This document shows, in pieces, positions 23,219 through 31,621 of a stretch of 31,621 nucleotides of DNA (position 1 is the first letter of the stretch; each line of letters opens with the position of its first letter). The DNA is taken from the NCBI RefSeq assembly GCF_006345805.1, contig NW_021832159.1, forward strand, positions 1 through 31,621, written 5' to 3'. The position numbers and the translations under genes are program-made. Origin of the DNA: Octopus sinensis (lineage: Eukaryota). The notes beneath the pieces were generated by a model. It was not told where the DNA came from, searched no databases, and saw only the letters and a program-made list of their open reading frames with translations.

Positions 23219-23707
23219 TTAAAGAGTAACAAATTGTCTCTTGCAAGGGGGAAAAAAGGGCTCAGAAGTAATGCCGGCATAGTTGGGCCGTTTTGTGAGG
23301 AAACGCGGTGATATTTTTTTGATAAATTGTTTGGGTTTTTGTTTTTCCCTGCTAATGGTTTGGTCAAAAGAAAGATGCTTTGCTAGTTCTCTAAGGCGGG
23401 TGAGATCGATGCACAGGATGTTTTTGTATAACATATTGCATGTAGACAAGCTAACGAGGTGGAATTCACGAGCGATGAATGTTCTAGAGCGGTAGGGTTG
23501 AGCATATCGGTTACTGTGGGGTCTTGGATGGAAACAGATACGAATCTGGTAACGGGAGGAAAGAGGACGACGAAGCAGAGACTCTATGGTGTGTTTGTAG
23601 TTATTCAGGTAGTCATGGAGGTAACTAAGCGTTTTTTTATTTGGTGGGGTGGCAAACCAAGTTACAAATGGTAGATTAATGTCTTGGATGAAGCAAGAAC
23701 GTGTCAT
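23219..23707 (-). pseudogene. 162-aa ATG-initiated non-repetitive ORF, probably a retroelement (Penelope-like N-terminal) remnant
   Basis: The longest complex-sequence ORF in the window; basic composition; no splice signals or catalytic motif recognised. The PLE resemblance is only a loose impression. Confidence 0.3.
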
Positions 23708-23944
23708 AATCGTTTGAAGTTCTCCTCATTCCTTACAATCTTTCTCACTTCTCTCTCTCTCTCTCTCTTTCCTTTTCTGTCTCTCTCTCTCATACCTTCA
23801 CACTTTTTCTCTATGATCTTCCTGTGTTATCTATGCAAGAACTATTTAGTGCTGTTTTGTCGTGAAAGCAGTATTACCAGAGGTAAATATGCGACAAGCC
23901 AGGTCAGAAATATCTTCTAGTGGAGTCACGTGTAGTTTGAATCT

Positions 23945-24363
23945 CATTTCTTTATTGCCTACAAGGGGCTAAACATAGAGGGGACAAACAAGGACAGACA
24001 AATGGATTAAGTCGATTACATCGACCCAAGTGCACAACTGGTACTTAATTTATCGACCCTGAAAGGATGAAAGGCAAAGTCAACCTCGGCAGAATTTGAA
24101 CTCAGAACGTAAAGACAGACGGAATACCTATTTCTTTACTACCCACAGGGGGCTAAACACAGAGGGGACAAACAAGGACAGACACACGGATTAAGTCGAT
24201 TACATCGACCCCAGTGCGTAACTGGTACTTTAATTTATCGACCCTGAAAGGATGAAAGACAAAGTCGACCTCGGCGGAATTTGAACTCAGAACGTAGCGG
24301 CAGACAAATTACTGCTAAGCATTTCGCCCGGCGTGCTAACGATTCTGCCAGCTCGCCGCCTTA
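23945..24363 (-). mobile_element. Dimeric SINE family B with a 17-bp TSD (15/17)
   Basis: Same structure and junction as 20006-20419. TSD acgtgtagtttgaatct (23928-23944) / acgtgaagcttgaatct (24364-24380). Confidence 0.95.
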
Positions 24364-24927
24364 ACGTGAAGCTTGAATCTGTCTACTTCAACAGCACAAT
24401 GACAGTACCACTGCACATATCAAGAGAACAATCTTGTACCCAACAAACACTAGCCATGGATAGTTTCCATCTAAACTGTCGTAGTTGTTCTAAACGACTG
24501 AACTCACTGTAGGTAATCACCACTTCTGGCGTCTTTACATACCTAAAATAGAAGACGTTCCTAACGTGAGCATGTGTATTATTTTTCAAACGCAGTGTAT
24601 TATTTCTTTAACTTGATCGATGCTATTGCTTTAAAACGTGAAGGTGTGATTCGAGGAAGAATTAGTAACTATTTCTTGGTGGAAAAAATACCACGTATAC
24701 GCTTCCTCTTAGAATCGCATAAGTAAATTACTCAGCTGGGTACATCGACATCATACTGACGACTATAAACACGTGGCCTTGATCTCGTCAAAAGAAATTA
24801 ATATAATTGACTAGAAGTTGTGACAGAGGTCTGGACTAGATGCCTCACATCATTTAGTTGTCCTTCATCTTTCGAGTTCAGTTCCCAACAAAGTCGATTT
24901 TGCCAGTCATCCAAAGTGTATGTTACT

Positions 24928-24967
<40 letters not shown>

Positions 24968-25032
24968 AAAGTACGCCCCTTGTTGTACTCTTTCGCCCGA
25001 ACTTTCTCTCACTCTCTCTCTCTTCTTGTTTC

Positions 25033-25143
25033 TCGAGTAACGCTGCGATAGACTGGCGTCCCGTCCAGCTGGTGGGGAACACATACGCGATAGAAACCGG
25101 GAAACCGGGCCCATGAGCTTGGCTTGGCTTGAAAAGGGCGAAG
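25033..25143 (+). mobile_element. SINE family D 3' half (V-domain-like)
   Basis: gagtaacgctgcgatagactggcgtcccgtccag...agaaaccggg, homologous to minus 21780-21850. Confidence 0.7.
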
Positions 25144-25147
25144 AGAA

Positions 25148-25219
<72 letters not shown>

Positions 25220-25699
25220 ATACACACACACTCACACATACGCATACGTCAATGTATTCGTACACACACACACACACACACATTATTCTTTATGTTTTCT
25301 AAATTTCAATGAAAGAGCTTTGTTTCAGCTGTTTGCCTATGGCTGGAAAACTTGTAAGATAAGATCCTAAAACATGCATGAATATATGAACATATATCCT
25401 CTATGCACATATAACTTAACAACTTTGTTCATATTATAAATTCTGATTTGCACATATAATCATTGGTGCAGTCAGCTGTGTTATTCAACGTCTAAGTGTA
25501 TATCTTCAAAATCTAACATACACATTGCAAATACAAATTTGTGAGAGGAACAGTAAATTTATGCAAGACTTTTCTAAGTTTACCGTTTAACACTTCAACG
25601 TCTGGCATCAAAGATATGCAAGCATAATCACCAGAAAACCTTGTGTGACAAAGCCGGGTTTTTGAATTACGGGTACATTTTATTCTACAGTCTTCCTCG

Positions 25700-25825
25700 G
25701 TTACCGTCTACCCGATTTCATTCACGTGTCTCGTTTCGACCCTATGTTGTGATGGAAGAGATTTGCCCAGTGTGCCACGCGGTAACATCGAACCTAGGAT
25801 CTTCTGATTGCGGCATGAATTAGCC
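25700..25825 (-). mobile_element. SINE family A 5' half, very degenerate
   Basis: ccgtctacccgatttcattcac...gaagagatttgcccagtgtgccacgcgg..atcgaacc. Confidence 0.65.
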
Positions 25826-25932
25826 ATTCGACTAAGATGGTGCATCATACGTAGCAATATATTATACACGTGTATGCACAAACATACATACGTACATATA
25901 CGTGTGTGTATGCATACACATAAAGTAATAAC

Positions 25933-25972
<40 letters not shown>

Positions 25973-25986
25973 ATGTATATGCATAC

Positions 25987-26035
<49 letters not shown>

Positions 26036-26637
26036 TGTATGTATGTATGTATGTATACAGACACACGTAACGTACATTCATACATATGCGCACATACATA
26101 TGAGGGAGGCACACACAAAAAAGGAAAGAGGTAGGGAGAAAGATACAGAGCGAGAGAGAAGGAGAGAGAGAGAGAGAAGGAGAGAGAGATAGAGAAAGAG
26201 AGAGAAAGAAAGAGAGAGGAGGAGAGTGATGTGTGATTGTGTCCGAGCAAGCTGGCCCCATTTCAAAGTGTTTATTAAATATTTTAGTAACAAATGGCTG
26301 ATTACGCATCATTTATATATGGCTTACGGGTATACAGGGTATATATATATATATACGGACACGTGTAGTGTGAGTGTGCACATGATGTATAATGAACAAG
26401 TACCAAAGCAGAATAAAAGAGAAGTTGAACGATTTATAGACATGGTGATTCTATAGCAGGGAGTTCTTGTCTTGTCCCTTATGAGTTTAACAGGTCTCAT
26501 GAGAATCAGAGATGCATGCCAACTGACCTGCCTACCCGCCACAATGAAGTTCCAGCCCGATGCGTACATATGTGAGTATTCGAGTATTCATAGAGTGTAT
26601 AGATGCATACATACATGCATACATACATACATATATG

Positions 26638-26715
<78 letters not shown>

Positions 26716-26899
26716 ATATATATTATATATATATATATGTTGTATTATATCTATAATTATATATATATAATATATATAAATATATAATATATATATATAT
26801 TACTTACATCACACATGCATACATACGTACATTCATGCATACGCGTATAGCTATATACATATGTGTGCATATACATCTTTATATGCATATATACGTATC

Positions 26900-26936
<37 letters not shown>

Positions 26937-26937
26937 A

Positions 26938-27256
26938 AGGCGCGTGGCTTAGTGGTTAGGGCATTCGGCTCACGTTCGTAAGGTCGCGAGTTCAATTCCC
27001 GGCGACGCGTTGTGTCCTTGAGCAAGACACTTTATTTCGCGTTGCTCCAGACCACTCAGCTGGCAAAAGTTAGCAGTACTTGTATTTCAAAGGGCCGGCC
27101 TTGTCACACTCTGTGTCACGCTGAGTCACCCCGAGAACCACATTAAGGGTACACGTGTCCGTGGAGTGCTCAACCACTTGCACGTTCATTTCATGAGCAA
27201 GCTGTTCCGTTGATCGTATCAGCTGGGACCTTCTTCGTCGTAACCGACGGAGTGCT
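26938..27256 (+). mobile_element. tRNA-derived SINE family C, full length
   Basis: A box TGGCTTAGTGG, B box GAGTTCAATTCCC, CORE-like gtgtccttgagcaagacacttt; further copies at 18311 and 20640. Confidence 0.88.
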
Positions 27257-27317
27257 TCTCTGTCTGTCTGTCTGTCTGTCTGTTCTGTCTCTCTCTTTCT
27301 CTCTCTCCCTATATATT

Positions 27318-27536
27318 TATTCTTTTGTTTCAGTCACCTTTGATTGTGGCCATGCAGGAGCACCACCTTTTTAGTCGAAGAAATAGATCCCTGGACTTAC
27401 TCTTTGTAATCTTGGTACTTACTCTATCGGTTACTTTTGCCGAACCGCTAAGTTACGGGGACGTAAACACACCAACATCGGTTGTCAAGCGATGGTGGAA
27501 GGTGGGAGACAGACACAGACACAAATACACAAATAT

Positions 27537-27545
<9 letters not shown>
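27318..27545 (-). mobile_element. SINE family A 3' half
   Basis: tgtttcagtca...ggccatgcaggagcacc...gccgaaccgctaagttacggggacgtaaacacacc; it ends in the internal (CA)n. Confidence 0.85.
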
Positions 27546-27581
<36 letters not shown>

Positions 27582-28020
27582 GACACACATATATATATAA
27601 GTATATATATGTGTGTGTGTGTGTGTGTATATATATGTACATGTAAATACATATATAAATATATATGTATGAATGTATGTACGTATGCATGTATGTATTA
27701 TGTGGGTAAATATACACACACACACACAAGCATATACGTGCACATACATACAAACACCAACATAGATCGGTGCTTATGTGTATGGTTCTACGGTGGACAC
27801 TGCAGGAGAGCGGAGAAGGAGAAAGAGGAGGAGAAACAGAGAGAGAGAGAGAGAGAGAGGGAGAGAAAGTGAGTGAGAGAAATATTAGGGAAGACAGAAA
27901 GAAAAGGAGAGAAAGTGAGACCGACGAAGAAAGACAGAAAAGAAGAGAGACAAATTCAGTGAGAGAGAGAGAGAGAGAGATGTCGTGAAAAATTACATTT
28001 ATTTGGAGCCTGCAGTATTT

Positions 28021-28120
28021 CGTTGTCATTGGCAACGCTAAAGTTTCCATTCAGTCGGCCTCGCATTCTTAAAAATAGATATTGACGTCATTCTTATTCC
28101 TGACCGATTTGGACCAATTT
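28021..28120. promoter_or_regulatory. Candidate enhancer: RFX X-box-like site, full CRE and CCAAT
   Basis: GTTGTCATTGGCAAC (28022-28036), TGACGTCA (28083-28090) and CCAAT (28114-28118) in a unique island between microsatellites. Confidence 0.35.
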
Positions 28121-28418
28121 ATGTATAATGTAGGCAGAGGTTATTAGTGGTTCTCTGTTTATGTTGATGTGTGTGTGTGTGTATGTGTGTGTGTATGTGT
28201 GTACGTATATATATGTGCTTATTGTCCTGTATCTCTTTTTTTCTTTTTTGCTTGTCCTGTTCCTTGGTTTGTGTCTATGTTTTTCGTTCTCGTCTCTCTA
28301 TGTGTTCGACGTCTTTTGGTGTCCTGTACACATATATGCGTGTATATGTAACATGTAGAGGTAGGTACGTACATATATGTTTATATATATGCATATGTTC
28401 TATTTTATTAACATATAT

Positions 28419-28474
<56 letters not shown>

Positions 28475-28648
28475 TATATATATATATATATATATAAAGC
28501 ACACGCACACGTATGCACACAAATATGTATATACACAAACATACACATATACGTGTTAATACGTGTGTGCGTGTATGAACATATATACATATATGTGTGT
28601 GGTGTGTGTGTGTGTGTGTACATATAATATATATATATATATCTTTTG

Positions 28649-29109
<461 letters not shown>

Positions 29110-29534
29110 TATTCTGTTGACCGACCAGCGAGAAACAGCAGCCAAACAGATCACACACTATCTTCCTGAATAATACGAAAGCACATCAGGTTATGTAGAC
29201 TTATATTCACTTGTAAAGATGAGATGGTCACGTTTGGCTGCGTGAATGATGTCAGAAGTTATCTTAGGAGAAAAAGCAACAAGAACAATAACAGATTTAT
29301 CTCTTTATCCCTGTACATGCATTCATACATGCACCCACAGTAATATAGTCTTAGTGAAACAAAGACTGGAACTCGAACCCAGCACAGTTATATTTAAAAT
29401 ATCCATCCATTCATCCACCACTCCACTCGTCCACCTTTTATTTATCTGTCTATCTATCTATTATATATATGTGTATGTGTGTGTGTTTGTGTGACTTTTG
29501 TGTCTATATATATATATATAAGTATTATTTGAGG

Positions 29535-29570
<36 letters not shown>

Positions 29571-30427
29571 ATATAACAAGAATATATCTGTATAGCGTAT
29601 ATACATGTACACGTACATCGATGCATATGCAGATATGTAAGTTAGTAAATATGTATATGTATAGAATATCTACGCGTATCTATATATGTAATATGATACA
29701 TACATACGTAATACATGTAATATATGTAATATGATACATATGTGTATATACTCATGCATGTTTGTGTGCGTGTATGTATAAGTGTACGCGCGTGCTTTGT
29801 GTGTGTGTGTGTGTGTGTGTGTGTTTGTAACTGTGTCTGTATGTGCACTGTAAATAGTTGTTTTACATGGAAAGAGAGATTATATGCCCGTTCTTATCTT
29901 ATCTTTACGCCAATGATCAAAAACCGTTAGAATATCCAGCATGTTACGGGTTAGAAACATCATATACATGTGTATGTATGAGTGTGTGTGTGTGTGTGTG
30001 TGTGGTGTGTGTGTTGTGTGTGTGTGTGTGTGTGTGTTGTGTGTGTGTGTGTGTGTGTACAGCTATGTATACATACTGCATATACTCTATGTACTATATC
30101 TCATTTTAAAATCTATTAGACATACCAAATACGACCGTTGTTATAAACGCCGAAATAATTATATCTAAGTATAAAAGCATCGTGACCCTGCGCACGTGCC
30201 TTTCTGATTGGAATACACCGATAAAGTTACGTATAAGATGCTAACCACAGGTTTAATTTAAACACAGATTTCATGATAGAGCGTAATATTGCTCAAAATA
30301 TATACAGTTTAGAGACGGACAAAATAACCTTGTCTCATTTTGCCACAATCACACAGCGCTATGAACAACTTCACCCGCAGAACAAAAATTACAAAAATTC
30401 ACAATACTAGTATTATAAAACTGTGGT

Positions 30428-30600
30428 TGTACATGACTTTGTAGCTAGAATGTTGGATTCACAATCGCAAGGTCATGAGTTTGGTTCACGTACCTAACAG
30501 CATGGGGCGAAGCACTTTATTTTCCGTTGCTCTTATCGATTGAGCTGAAAACGAGTTGCATGAGCTGCAGGGTGGCGTTTCCCACGTTATCAGGCCCCAA
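30428..30600 (+). mobile_element. Very old SINE family C/D copy
   Basis: gttggattcacaatcgcaaggtcatgagtt...gcactttattttccgttgctc...agctgaaaacgagt. Confidence 0.55.
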
Positions 30601-30669
30601 AATCTTACAAAATGCAAGGCAGCTGCGGCAGACAGGATGGGAAGATGATAAAATTATTGATGAATAAAC

Positions 30670-31085
30670 GCAGGAGTGGCTGTGTGGTAAGTAGCTTGCT
30701 TATCAACCACATGGTTCCGGGTTCAGTCCCACTGCGTGGCAAGTGTCTTCTTGGGAAAGTGTCTTCTACTATATAGCCTCGGGCCGACCAAAGCCTTGTG
30801 AGTGGATTTGGTAGACGGAAACTGAAAGAAGCTCGACGTATATATGTGTATATGTATATGTATGTATGTGTATATGTGTTTGTGTTTGTCCCCCCCAACA
30901 TCGCTTGACAACTGATGCTGATGTGTTTACGTCCCCGTAACTTAGCAGTTCGGCAAAAGAGACCGATAGAATAAGTACTAGGCTTACAAAGAATAAGTCC
31001 TGGGGTCGATTTTCTCAATTAAAGGCGGTGCTTCAGCATGGCCCCAGTCAAATGACTGAAACAAGTAAAAGAGTAAAGAGTAGAG
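30670..31085 (+). mobile_element. SINE family A, full length, sense orientation
   Basis: gcaggagtggctgtgtggtaag...ggttcagtccc...gactgaaacaagtaaaagagtaaagag. Confidence 0.92.
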
Positions 31086-31205
31086 TATACTGATGGTCCA
31101 GAACCTCTTATAATCCGCGCTAATTTACTAGCAGGACCTTCACATTCCACCGGCCGCCAGACTAGCTTTCTGTGCATACCTAGTACGGTATGCACAATAA
31201 TATGT

Positions 31206-31330
31206 GGAGGCACATGGCTTAATGGTTAAGGGTGTTGGACTCACGCTGGTAAAATTGTGGTTTCGATTCCTGGACCTGGCAATGCGTTCTGTTCTCGAGC
31301 AAAATGCTTCACGTTGCTCCAGTCCACTCA
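31206..31330 (+). mobile_element. SINE family C/D head and core
   Basis: ggaggcacatggcttaatggttaaggg...ggtttcgattcctgga...ttcacgttgctccagtccactca. Confidence 0.8.
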
Positions 31331-31572
31331 TGGGTTGAGCCTGCAGAGGAATGGGCCCCGCAAAAGTTTCTCGCCGTCGACACGCTGCATGGCTTCAGCG
31401 CCCCATCAACCGCCAACGGAGTTAAGGGACTTGTCAATTGTCGTATTTAATATTTGCTTAATTTAGTGTATCTTCATCAAGGTAACCACCCCTCGTTCGG
31501 AAATATCAATATTCCAGAAAGCCTTTAAAACCAACGATTCCGAAGAAAATTCGATGTTGTACCTATATATAT

Positions 31573-31621
<49 letters not shown>

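Noticed and set aside
26938-27010. tRNA-like sequence with A and B boxes (also the heads of families A, B and D)
   Set aside because: There is no complete cloverleaf or acceptor stem, and it continues into a SINE body.

Overview
This is a eukaryotic, AT-rich window saturated with microsatellites: (AT)n, (AC)n, (ATAC)n, (ATCT)n, (AG)n, (ACT/ACC)n and (AAT)n. Its repeat landscape looks like an octopod (Octopus) genome; this is recognised from memory of those SINE families, not from a search. Almost all supplied ORFs are microsatellite artefacts. The window holds many copies of at least three tRNA-derived SINE families (called A, B and C/D here), a short dispersed repeat (E), non-LTR 3' ends and several Penelope-like remnants with decayed minimal hammerhead cores. 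The best gene evidence is a candidate first coding exon on + (2508-2597, donor CAG|GTAAGA), which would make the rest of the window a large intron. The most notable structures are a 4 x 79-bp array whose units carry a hammerhead-like core (16598-16912), a ~180-nt hairpin whose transition mismatches are all G:U-compatible on + (6305-6481), and two independently inserted dimeric SINEs with 17-bp target-site duplications sharing an AATCT motif. No complete gene, tRNA/rRNA gene or CRISPR array is supported.
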